From Heterodontus francisci (Eukaryota): a stretch of DNA of 64,000 bases. Of this stretch, positions 1 through 11,599 are shown in pieces. A program made the position numbers and the translations under genes. The stretch covers positions 5,952,001-6,016,000 of the forward strand of contig NC_090404.1 of the NCBI RefSeq assembly GCF_036365525.1, in the 5' to 3' direction. The notes below the pieces were generated by a model, which had not been told where the DNA came from, did no database searches, and saw only the letters and a list, made by a program, of their open reading frames with translations. Numbering within the stretch: the first letter of the stretch is position 1; the number at the start of each line of letters is the position of its first letter.

Positions 1-249
1 GAGGAGAAATATTTGTTTGTTCTGTTTGTGGGAAAAGATTTCAAACATCAATGTGACTGGGAAAGCACTGAGACACACACACCCGAGTGAGAGCGTTCCA
101 GTGCACTGACTGTGGAAAGAACTTTAAACACTTACACAGCCTGAAATAAAATCACCATTCACATCAGGGAGAAGCTGTACACAGGATCTGTGTGTTGTCG
201 AGGCTTCAACTGATCGTCCAACCTGGAGAAACATGAGAGCACTCGCATC

Positions 250-1176
250 ATGGAGAAACCGTGGAAATGTATGGACTGTGGGAAGAGATTCAAATGCCCG
301 TCACAGCTGGAGACTCATCGACGTAGTCACACTAAGGAGAGGCCGTTCACCTGCTCCGTGTGTGGGAAGGGATTCATTCAGTCATCCCACCTGCTGACAC
401 ACCAGCAAGTTCACACTGGGGAGAAGCCGTTCACCTGCTCCATGTGTGGGAAGGGATTCACTCGGTCAACCAGCCTCGATGCACACCAGCGAGTTCACAC
501 TGGCGAGAGGCCATTCACCTGCTCTGTGTGTGGGAAGGGATTCACTTGGTCATCCAGCCTCCATACACACCAGCAAGTGCACACTGGGGAGAGGCCCTTC
601 ACCTGCTCAGTGTGTGGGAAAGGATTCACTCGGCCCTTCAATCACAAAACACACCTACGACTTCACACTGGAGTGAGGCCGTTTACCTGCCTTGAATGTG
701 GGAAGAGATTTAATACTTTAGCAAACCTCCTGTCACACCAGCGAGTTCACTCTGATAAAAGACCCTTTAAATGTTCTGACTGTGAGAAGAGCTTTAAAAG
801 CATAAAGTATTTACTGAACCACAAACGCACACACACTCGGGAGAGATCGTTCCCCTGCTCTGTGTGTGGGAAGGGATTCACTCAGTCATCCCGCTTTCTG
901 AGACACCAGCGAATTCACACTGGGGAGAGGCCATTCACCTGCACTGAGTGTGGGAAGGGATTCATTGTTTCATCGGAGCTTCTGATGCACCAGCGTGTTC
1001 ACACAGGGGAGAGACCGTTCACCTGCTCTGTGTGTGGAAAGGGATTCACTCGGTCGTCCTGCCTCACTCAACACCAACTTGTTCACACAGATAAGAGACA
1101 TTTTAAATGTTCTGACTGTGAGAAGAGTTTTAAAAGTAAAGGCAACCTGCTAAAACACGAGCGAGTTCACAAATGA
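250..1176 (+). CDS. C2H2 (Kruppel-type) zinc-finger protein, 11 tandem fingers
   Basis: 308-aa ORF with 11 CxxC...HxxxH repeats and TGE(R/K)PF linkers; 2-3 degenerate fingers with stops lie upstream (about 10-250). Confidence 0.9.
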   Translation: MEKPWKCMDCGKRFKCPSQLETHRRSHTKERPFTCSVCGKGFIQSSHLLTHQQVHTGEKPFTCSMCGKGFTRSTSLDAHQRVHTGERPFTCSVCGKGFTWSSSLHTHQQVHTGERPFTCSVCGKGFTRPFNHKTHLRLHTGVRPFTCLECGKRFNTLANLLSHQRVHSDKRPFKCSDCEKSFKSIKYLLNHKRTHTRERSFPCSVCGKGFTQSSRFLRHQRIHTGERPFTCTECGKGFIVSSELLMHQRVHTGERPFTCSVCGKGFTRSSCLTQHQLVHTDKRHFKCSDCEKSFKSKGNLLKHERVHK

Positions 1177-1329
1177 CTGAAGGGGTTGGATTCTGCTGTT
1201 ATTGCTTCTGTTAATTACATCCAGAGCTGAATCCTGACTAGAAGCCTATTTCCATCTGGTTTCCACAGGGCTCAGTGCTGACCATGTCAGCGATGTCCAC
1301 ATCCCGTGAACGAATAAAAAAAAGCTCTA

Positions 1330-4295
1330 GACACCTTGATTATTGTCGTATATTTCAATGATTTAGACTTAAATATAGGGGCCTTGATTAAGAAGTTTGC
1401 AGATGACACAAAAGTTGGTTGAGTGGTTGACAGTGAGGAAGAAAGCTGTAGACTGCAGAAGATATCAAGAGACTGGTCAGATGGGCCGAAAAGTGGCAAA
1501 TGGAATTCAGCCCAGAGAAGTGTGAGGTAATGCATTTGGGGAGGGCAAACAAGACAAGGGAATGCACAGTGAATGGTAGGATCCTGCAAAATTTAGAGGG
1601 ACAGAAGGACCTTGGAGTGCACATCCACAGATACCTGAAGGTAGCAGGACAGGTCGATAAAATGGTCAAGAAGGCATACGGGATATTTTCTTTTAGTAGC
1701 CGAGGCCCAGAGTATAAGTGGAGAGTGTTTTAAACTGAAAAGTGGGGGCAAGGGATCAAATTCGGGAAGATTTGGTAAATCAAGGACTAGAGACAAGGCA
1801 AGAGAGTAAGGTATTAATATGGGAAATGATAAACAGACAGTGACAGGAAGGGACAGAGTGGACAAATCTAAGAGTAAATCAACAGAAAAGGCTAGAGGCT
1901 ACAAACATAATAAAAAGACAAAACTAAAGCCTCTGTATCTGAATGCAGAGCATTTTAAACAAAACAGATGAACTGAGAGCACAAATAGAAATAAATATGT
2001 ACGATCTGATAGCCATTACAGAGACATGGCTGTAGGAGGACATAGATTGGGACCTGAATATTGAAAGGTACATGGCATTTAGGAAGGACAGGAAACTAGG
2101 AAAAGGTGGAGGTGTGGCTCTGTTAATTAATGACGGTATAGAGAGGGATGACCTAAGTTCAGGTAACCAGGATGTAGAAGCAGTTTGGGTAGAGATGAGA
2201 ACTCATAAAGTCAAGAAGTCACTTTTGGGAGTTGTGTACTGCCTGCCATCCATGGTTAATTAAAACAGTTAAAGATAGTATCAAACTTAAATAAAAAGCA
2301 AACAATTGCTCAAAGCTGGGTGGCAGGTCAGAAAACTGGACAGGAGATAAAAAAAACCCAGCATAGACTGTCTAAAAAATTGATAAGGGAGGTAAAATTA
2401 TAGTACGAGAGAAAGCTAGCTAGAAATATACAGACAAATAGTAAGCGTTTCTATACAGATTTAAAAAAGAAAAGTTAACAAAGTAAGCGTTGGTCCTATA
2501 GAAAGTGAATCTGGAGAATTAATAATGGACAATGAGGAGATGGCAGATGACTTGAACAGGTATTTTGCATCGATTGTCACTATAGCAGATACAAATAACA
2601 TCACAGAATTAGATGCAAGTCAGGAAATGGAAGGGAGGGAGCAACTCAAGAAAATTACAATCACCAGGGAAGTGGTACTGAACAAATTGTTGGAGCTGCG
2701 GGCTGACAAGTCCCGGGATCCTGATGGACTTCATTCTAGGGTCTTAAAAGAAGTGGCTAGTTAGAGAGTTGATGCGTTAATTTTAATTTTCCAAAATTCC
2801 CTAGATTCAGGGAAGGTTCCGCAAGACTGGAAAATAGTGAATGTAACCCCTTTATTCAAAAAGGGAGGGAGACAGAAAGCAGGAAACTACAGGCCAGTTA
2901 GCTTAACATCTGTCTTAGGGAAAATGTTAGAAACTATTGTTAAAGACTTTATAACAGGGCATTTGGAAAAATTGAAGGTAATCAGTCTGAGTCAACGTGG
3001 TTTAATGAAAGGGAAATCATGTTTAACCAATTTATTGGAGTTCTTTGAGGGAGTTACACGTGCTATGGGTGAAGGGGAATGGGTGTATGTATTGTATTTG
3101 GATTTCCAGAAGGCATTTGATAATGTGCCACATGAAAGGTTATTTCAAAAAATAAAAGCCTCTGGTGTAGGGGGTAACATATTGGCATAGATAGAAATTG
3201 GCTAGAGAGTAGGCTGGTGTGCCACGGGGATCTGTACTGGGGCCTCAACCTTTTACAATTTATATAAATGAGTTAGTTGAAGAGACCGAAGGTATCGTTG
3301 CTAAATTTGCTGATGACACAAAGATAGGTAGGAAAGTAGGTTGTGAAGAGGACATAAGGAGGCTACAAAGGAATATAGATAGGTTGAGTGAGTGGGCAAA
3401 AACCTGGCAGATGGAGTATAATGTGGGAAAATGCGAAGTTGTCCATTTTGGCAGGAGGAATAAAAAGGAAGCCTATTATTTAAATGGTGAGAGATTGCAG
3501 AGCTCTGAGATGCAGAGGGATCTGGGTGTCCTAGTGCATGAATCGCAAAAGGTTAGTATGCAGGTACAGCACGTAATTAGGGGACTTGTCATCCCGCAGC
3601 TCCAACAATTTGTTCAGTACCACATCCCTGTTGATTGTAAAGCCAATAGAATGTTTGGATTTATCGCGAGGGGAATTGAATACAAAAATAGGGATGGTAT
3701 GCTTTATTTATACCGCGCATTTGTGAGACCACATCTGGAGTACTGTGTACAGTATTGGTCTCTTTATTTAAGGAAGATGTAAAAGCGTTGGAAGCAGTTC
3801 AGAGAAGGTTTACTAGACTAATACCTGGAATGGGTAGGTCATCTTGTGAGGAAAGGTTGGGCAGGCTAGGCTTGTATCCGCTGAAGTTTGGAAGAGTAAG
3901 AGGTGACTTGATTGGAACATATACGATTGTGAGGGGTCTTGACAGCGTGGATGTGGAAAGGATGTCTCCTCTTGTGGGGGAATATAGAACTAGAGGTCAC
4001 TGTTTAAAAATAATGGGTAGCCCATTTAAAACAGAGGTGAGTAGAATTTGTTTCTCTGAGGGTCGTGAGTCTTTGGAACTCTCTTCCTCAAAAAGCATTG
4101 GAAGAAGAGTATTTGAATATTTTTAAGGCAGAGGTAGATAGATTCTTGATAAGCAAAGGAGTGAAAAGTTATTGGGGGTAGATGGGAATGCGGAGTTGAG
4201 GTTGCAATTAGATCAGCCATGATTTTATTGAATGGCAGAGTAGGCTCAACGGGCCGAGTGGCCTACTCTTGCTCCTAATTTGTATGTTCATATGG
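1330..4295 (+). mobile_element. Fragmented CR1-type LINE(s): RT fragment, then endonuclease-RT-3' end
   Basis: ORF pieces [39 protein letters not shown]; many stops and frameshifts. Confidence 0.9.
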
Positions 4296-4429
4296 GATAC
4301 TTCCCTTTATGAGCCAAGGAATGAGTATTTCCAGCATTTTCTGTTGATAAACAGTCACAGATCTGAAAATTAACTCTGCTTCCCCCTGCATTGATGCTGC
4401 CAGACCTGCTGACATTTTCTATTTTTATT

Positions 4430-5210
4430 ACAAGAGCGGGAAAGTTAAACAAGATCTGAATAAAACTCTAGCTGGACTACAACTAGAGTACTGTGTACAG
4501 TTCTGGTCACCGCATTATGAGAAAGATGTGATCACACCAGAGAGGATGCAGAGGAGATTTACAGAGGATGTGTCAGGAATGGGGAATTTAAGCGATACTG
4601 AAAGATTTGATAGGCTGGGGTTGTTTTCTTTGGAACAGAGGAGGCTGAGGGAAGATTTAATTGAGGTGTATAAAATTATGAGGGGCCTAGACTGAGTGGA
4701 TAGGAAGGACCTGTTTCCTTTAGCAGAGAGGTTAATAACCATGGGGCATAGATTAAAAGTAATTGGCAGAAGAATTAGAGGGGAGTGGAGAAATCATTAT
4801 TTAAACAGCGCCATCTTTAGTGCTGACAGCTGCCTGAACGTTGCTGACTGTGACGTTTTAGTAGAACAGGTTGCATATGCACATGTGCCAGTGCAGCGCA
4901 ACCTAGTGGTTGCATTGTCAGCAACCACAACCTAGATTTAAAATAATTGGCAGAAGCTTTAGAGGGGAGTGGAGAAATCAGTTCACTCAGAGGGTCGTGG
5001 GGGACTGGAACTCACTGCCTGAAAGGGTGGTTGAGGCAGAAATCCTCAACATATAAAAAATACACTTGGATATGCACTTGAAGTGCTGTAACCTGCAGGA
5101 CTACAGACCAAGAGCTGGAAAGTGGTATTATGCCGCATAGCTCTTTTTCGGCCGGTACAGATACGATGGGCTGAATGGCCTCCACTACTATAAATTTTCT
5201 CTATTTCTAT
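4430..5210 (+). mobile_element. CR1 3'-end fragment with an internal insertion
   Basis: Matches the 3' portion of the other CR1 copies in this window. Confidence 0.7.
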
Positions 5211-5664
5211 TCTGGCAGTTGGGGTTGGTTTCTACTGATGTTATTAACCCCTCTAACTGGTCTGGAATTTAACATTCTGGATAGATTTGAAATAAATCAG
5301 CTTTTTCAAAAACACATTCTTGTAGATTTTTGTCTTTCCCACCTGAGTGTTTAGCATCACCTGGCTGGAGCTCAGAAAGGACAATCTGGGGGAGGATCGT
5401 ACGACAGGAACAGAACTTCAGCCTAGACACAGTCCTTCAGGGCAACACTGAGAGGGACAAACGGCACTTTGGTCTTTCTTGTCTCTCTTCACTGACAGCA
5501 AAGGCCTGAGGCGTGTAAGAAATGTGTCCCAGCCGCTCTCTTCCATGGTTCAGAGCTCCTGGGCACGGAACAGAAGGCTCCTTCACAACTGTGATAAGAG
5601 TCAGGAAGAACAACGGTGAATGCTGGAAATATACTGTCAAACCAGAGATTTGTGTAAAACTGTG

Positions 5665-5712
5665 ATCTGTTCCTGACTGAAAGTCACAGTGGAAGAGACC
5701 TGAGCAAATACT
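5665..5712 (+). pseudogene. Degenerate NAR-TCR D segment (inverted paralog) with an intact-looking 3' 12-RSS
   Basis: CACAGTG(5685-5691)-gaagagacctga-GCAAATACT; spacer is identical to that of the D 3' RSS at 19383-19410; the 5' RSS spacer is deleted. Confidence 0.75.
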
Positions 5713-6035
5713 TCTGTACAATTAATATATTGACTCCCGGGCCTGGATCCTGATTTGTAGGGTTGATGTTATTATTGCTGCAATCTGGTTCAATTTTATT
5801 GTAATTTGCTCCTTTTAGTTATCTCTCTCTGACATTTTTCTCCTTTTATATGATGCGTCCATCTCCAGCCCGTGTTCCTGGGCCATTTTAGTAAGAGTTC
5901 AGGGTCCCAAAAAAAATAGTTTGTACCGACAGGGAATGTGAAACATGGCATGTTGTCTATTAATCTAAACACCCTGGAATAATTGTGCAGCGACAACAAT
6001 CTGGTAATGTGTGGCCAGCAGATTGAGGTGTTGGT

Positions 6036-6127
6036 AGTTGTTGTATCGGGGTGACTGACAGCGGTGTCACTGCGATACAATCATAAATACGTGGATGGAT
6101 CTGGGACGCTGGCGACTGTCACAGCCG
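6036..6127 (+). pseudogene. NAR-TCR J segment paralog (YNHKYVDGSGTLATVTA) with mutated 23-RSS
   Basis: AGTTGTTGT-23 bp-CACTGCG (reads CGCAGTG, CAC lost); coding 6075-6127, phase-1 donor G|GTAAGT; flanks homologous to the J at 18985-19075. Confidence 0.85.
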
Positions 6128-7581
6128 GTAAGTAACTTCAAACCCCGCAGTGTTACGCACTGTTCCAGTGAATGTTCGCCCCAGTTTATTATCGCGATCA
6201 ATATCACTTCAAACCCTTGAAAATAAAGCAGAGTGGTTTTCGAAACCAAGCTTTCCCATTGCAGTTTTAGATTCGGAATAGACTATGAACCAGGAGTAGG
6301 GTCCAGGTTTGAGTCTGGAGAGATGAGGTGAAATCCACACAGAGAAAGCTGTCTGCAGGGTGCCGACCCCATCTGGACCATCAGCAGTTTAACGCGGAGC
6401 TCGGAGAGTCCCCAAAACATCCCAAACTCTTTCTCACTCTGATCCACAATTGGTTTAAAATGAGCGCAGTTTGTCGAGACCCCAGCTTCCGCTCCCACTG
6501 CTCACTGTAACTGAGGAAACTCTGTCTGTCCCTGTCTGTATGGGAAGGGGTGACACAGCTCTCTCTGTCTTGGGTAGGATATTCCATTCTGGGCCGGGCA
6601 GTGTAAATGAGGTACCCCAACATTACAGCAACCCCTTCGATGCCTGCAGTGGCCTGTCCGATACTGACAGTTAAATATGGTACACAAAATAATCCCATTA
6701 CTAAGATAGCAAGTCTGCAAGGGTAAATCAAGGCTGTAGAGCAAAGTAGCGATTTGGTTAAATTCCAGCAGTATGAGGCAGGAACGGACAGCAGGTTTAA
6801 TAACGATAATTGGACCTGAACGACTAAGGCCACATCAGGGAAAAAAGTAAAACGTTAAAATGAAAGGCGTTACATCTGAATGCACAAAGCATCAGTAAGA
6901 AGACAAATGGATTAATGGCACAAATACAGATTAACGTATTTGATCTAGTAGCCATTACTGAGACAAGGTTATAGGGTGAGAAAAATTGGGAACTAAATAT
7001 AAAAGGGTGTGACTTTTGGAAAAAAACTAGGCAAAATGTAAAAGGAAGCGGGTAGGCCGGATAGTAGTACAATATGTCGAGGACGCTAACTATGGAATTG
7101 ACTATCTTAGATCTAGTATTTTGTCACGAGACTGTATGAACTCATAACCTTAAAGTAAAGGATCTTCTGGGGAAGAGTGATCATAAGATGATAGATATCA
7201 TATACAATTTGAGAGTAGTGTAGTTAAGCCCGAAGCTAAGGCCTTAAACTTAAAAAAAATGTGGTATGAGGGGTGTGCAGGGTGAGCTAGATTGGGAGTT
7301 TAGATTAAAATTAAAATATATAGCTCTGCTTCTCTTTCCACAGATGCTGCCAGACCTGCTGAGTGGTTCCAGCATTTCTTGTTTTTATTTCAGATTTCCA
7401 GCATCCACAGTATTTTGCTTTTATTAAAATATATAATGTTCGATAAACAATAGTAACCATTTAAATAAATAATGCCTAATTCTCAACTAACATACATTCC
7501 AATGAAGAATAGAAAACACCACTGGCAAAGTGGTATCGTCATCTATAGCTAGAAAAGTTAAAGGTCTCATTGCATTCATAT

Positions 7582-7663
7582 GTAGTCATGGCCGAGTGGT
7601 TAAGGCGATGGACTAGAAATCCATTGGGGTCCCCCTGCGCAGGTTCGAATCCTGCTGACTACG
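7582..7663 (+). tRNA. tRNA-Ser (AGA)
   Basis: GTAGTCATGGCCGAGTGGTTAAGGCGATGGACT-AGA-AATCCATTGGGG...GGTTCGAATCCTGCTGACTACG; 82 nt, long variable arm, acceptor stem GTAGTCA/TGACTAC pairs. Confidence 0.88.
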
Positions 7664-7785
7664 TTTCATATTATTGCTAAATTTAACGGGGCCTTCACCG
7701 AAAAAGTAGTTAGTTGTGTTCACGAAAATCCTTCACCGTCCAACCGCGACTGGGGTTTCTCATTAACAGCTTGCGCCATGCAAGT

Positions 7786-7873
7786 GGTTTGTTAGTCTAG
7801 TGGTATGATTCCTGTGTTGGAATTGTGGATTAAGATTTGTAAGAGGTCCTGGTTTCAAATCCCAGACAAGGTC
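7786..7873 (+). pseudogene. Degenerate tRNA-Pro(TGG)-like sequence with an intron-like insert after the anticodon
   Basis: GGTTTGTTAGTCTAGTGGTATGATTC...AGAGGTCCTGGTTTCAAATCCCAGAC resembles vertebrate tRNA-Pro; stems mismatched, about 16 extra nt 3' of the anticodon. Confidence 0.6.
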
Positions 7874-9379
7874 TCATTTTAAAGACAGAAACTTCCCATT
7901 CGTGAAAGGATGGAGAACGAGAGGGCACAGATATAATGTATTTAGTAAGAGAAGCAAAAGTGACATGAGGAAAATCTGTTTCACGCAGTGAGTGGTTAAG
8001 ATCTGGAATGCGCTGCCTGAGAGCGAGGTGAAGGCAGGTTCAATTGAAGCATTCAAAATAGAATTCGAAAGTTATCTGAAAAGGAAGAATGTGCAGGGTT
8101 ATGGGGAGAAGACAGGGGAATGGAACTGACGGAATTGCTCTTTTAGAGAGCCGCTGCAGACATGATGGGCCAAACGGCGTCCTTCTGCGCTGTAGTGATT
8201 CTGTGTTTAATATAAGAACCTTACAGAGTAGTCAGAGTAGTAAGCCTAAAGAATGGGAAGGCTTTACAAATCAGCAAAGAATGGCCACAAAATGATAAAG
8301 AGGGAGCAAATAGATATGAGAGCAAATTAGTAAGAAAAATGAGAACATATGGTAAGATCTATTGTAAGTATGTTAATAGGAAAAAAGTAAAGTAAACGTG
8401 AGCCCTTAGAAGCAAAGACTGAGAAAAATCTCTTTAAACACATATGTTGTGTCTACATTTACAGTAGAGGACACAGAGACCATAATGAAAACTGTGGAGA
8501 ATCAAATATCCAATTAGAGTGAAGAAGTTAAAGTATTTAATGTTAATAAACAAAAGACACTGGAAAAAGTAATGGAGCTAGAAGCTCACAAACTCCCTGG
8601 AACCGATTGCCTAGGCCTAGGGTCTTAAAAGAGCGATCTACAGAGATAGTAGAATTGTTGATTTGATTTCAAAATTCTCCAGATACTAGAAAGGTACCCA
8701 TGGATTGGACAGTAGAAACTGTAATCTCGTTGCTCCAGAAAGGAGAGACAGAGACAACAGAGAAATATAGGCCAGCAAGAATCAGTAATATACAAAATAA
8801 TAGAATCTATTTTTGGGGACATGGTGATAGGACAATCGGAAAATCATAATATAATTAGGCAAAATCAACATGGCTTTATGAAAAAGAAATCGTACTTGAC
8901 AAATCTATTCGCTTTTTTGAGATTTCACGAGAAGGGTCATGAAAAAGAAACCAGCGGATGCAGTATAGTTGGATTTTCAGAAGGCATTCGATAAGGTGCC
9001 ACACGGCAGGTTGTTACACAGGATTAGGACTCAGGGGATTGGGAGTATCGTATTATCATGGATTTAGGATTTGTTAAGTGACAGGAAACAGAGTGTAGGA
9101 ATAGATAGACCATGTTGGGGATGACAGGGTGTAACTAGTAGCGTTACACACTATCGATGTTTGGGCCTTAGTTATTTCCAATCTATATCAGTGACTTAGA
9201 TGAGGAACCGAATATAATACATCCAAGTTTGCTGATCATATAAAGCTGGGTGGGGAAATAAGTTGTGGGGAAGGTACAGGCGCGCTGCATGGGACATAGA
9301 TAGGTTAAGGGACTGGGCAAGAAAGTGACAGATGGAGGATATTGCGGGGAAGTGTGACATTATTACATACATAGGCTTA

Positions 9380-10470
9380 CACTGTTTATGCAGCACAGAA
9401 GCAGGCCATTCGGCCCAAATAGTTCATGTTGGTGTTCTTGCTGCACTCGAGCCTCTTCCCATCTTTCATCATCTAAATCTATCATCGTAACCCGCAATTC
9501 CCGTCTTCCTCATATGCTTATCTAGCTTCCTGTAAATGCATCTATACTATTCACTTCAACCACGCCCCATGGTAGCAATTTCCACATTCTCCCCATTATC
9601 TGAGTAAAGAAGCATCTTCTGAATTGCCCATTGGATTTATTGGTGACTATCTTTTACCGATGGCCTCTAGTTATACTTCTGCCCACAAGTGGAAACATTC
9701 TCTACTTTATCAAAACTTCCATAATTTTGAAGATCTCCATTAGTTTATCCCTCAACCTTCTTTATTGAAGAGCAATAAGACACAGCCTCTTCATCCTTTT
9801 CTGATATGTAGACCCACGCATTTCTGTTATCATCTTGTAAATCTTCTCCGCACCCTCTCCAAGTGCCTCCGAAACCTTTTTTTATAATAAGACGACCAGA
9901 ACTGCACACAATACTCTAAGTGTGGTCTAATCAAGGTTCGATACAAGTTCATCATAACTTCCCTACTTTTCAATTCTATCTCTCTAAAAATAAAGCCTAT
10001 TGCTTTGTTTGCTTTTCTTTATGGCCTTGCTAAACTATGGCTCAACTTTTAGTAATTGGTACACTTGTACTACGAGATCTCTTTGTTCCTCTACCCCACC
10101 GAGACTCGCACCTTCCAAGTAATAAGCGACCTCCTACCAAAAAGTATCATCTCACATTTATCTGTGTTGAATATTATTTGCCAATTATTTTCCCATTCTG
10201 CAAGGTCATTAATGTCTTCCTGTACTTTGTTGCAGTCTTTCTCAGTATTGACTACCACCCATCCGCACCACCACCCACCTCCCCCCACCCCGCACAGCAC
10301 CCCCACCCCATCCCATCCCATCCCCGCCAATTTGGTGTAATCTATAAATTTAAACATTGAAGTTTTGATTCCAAAGTCCAAATCGTTAATGTAAATTATG
10401 AACAGCAGTGGTCCCAGCTCTGATCCTTGGGGAAAAGCAATTCCCAGCATCTGACATTCTGATTAACTAT
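9380..10470 (-). mobile_element. CR1 RT/3' fragment
   Basis: PQGSELGPLLFIIYINDLD motif in ORF 10091-10450. Confidence 0.8.
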
Positions 10471-10814
10471 CCTTTTACTCTTGCTAAAGTTCTTTGCCAG
10501 GGTACAGGTGGAGAAAATGTTTTCAGTTATCAGTGGGTCGATAACAAAGACACATTAGGAAGAATTTATTTACATAAATAGAAGACAGAACGTGGAACTT
10601 GCTGTCACAGTGAGTGGTTGGAGAATATGGCATTGATGTACTTTAGGGGAGGCTTGAAAAATATATAAGGGAGAAAGGAATAAAGGGACAAAGAGGTCAG
10701 GATGGGAAAAGGTTATTAAAGTGGGAGGTGGCTCCTGTGGAGTATAAAATCCGGTATAGGCCATTTGGGCCGAATGGCCTATTCCTATTCTGCAGAGTCT
10801 GTATAATGTTTAAA

Positions 10815-10975
10815 TGAGAGAAACTCTGCTTTGCGAACAGGGTAACTACGCAGCCAATGGGCTGTAGGAATTGAAATTATCAGAGAGCCGGAAGAGCCAG
10901 TTCCCAGTGAGTAACAGTTAAACCACTGCGGAAACTGCACAGACTGAACCCAACCGACAACTGAGAGAGTTTGTT
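10815..10975 (+). promoter_or_regulatory. Conserved promoter-like element (inverted paralog of 14805-14960)
   Basis: CCAAT 10854, CCGGAAG 10888, GTGAGTAA 10907, AACCACT; strongly similar to the reverse complement of 14805-14960. Confidence 0.45.
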
Positions 10976-11599
10976 CGCATGATGACAGAAATAAAAAACA
11001 GCATAAAATGAGCGACTCAGATGTAGAAATAAAATGAAAATACCAGTATAAATTCGCTATTAAAGGGAAACGGAACAAAACGGTTCCCTTATTGGGAAAA
11101 AATAAACAAATAGAGCTTCAGGGAGACAAGAGCTCCCTTGAAGAGTGAAACTACAACTAAACTCTGATCTCCTTAAATACAGATGTTAAGCATCACTTGG
11201 CTCTATCATGCTCATGAATCTCACTGCTTTCTGTTGGATCTTGCTGTGCTTAGTTAAACATAACAAAACTGGCGACGATCGATCAAACATTTTGGAAGAG
11301 ATTGTCTCTGTGAGGAGGAGAGTAGACTATTGAAGGTTTCGACTGTCTGTCTTTCACAAAGAAAAGAAATGTCATAGAAATTAGAGTCTGATAGAGCACA
11401 GAATGAAGTCATTCTGTCCATCTTTCCTGTGCCGGCTCTGTGAAAGAGAGGGTCAATTAGTTCCACTTGCCCTGCTCGTTCCCCATAGCCCTGCCAAATC
11501 TTCCATCTCCAATATCGATGCAATTCCCCATTGAAAGCTATTTTCAGGCAGTGCATTCCGGATCATAACAACACGCTGTGCGAATAATTTTCCTAATGA

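Larger units (their letters stand above)
6650..9360 (+). mobile_element. Highly degenerate CR1 LINE with nested insertions
   Basis: Nucleotide similarity to the endonuclease and RT regions of other CR1 copies (e.g. ttggattttcagaaggcattcgataaggtgcc). Confidence 0.7.

Noticed and set aside
360-695. Alternative-frame ORFs overlapping the zinc-finger gene
   Set aside because: Typical shadow frames of C2H2 repeats
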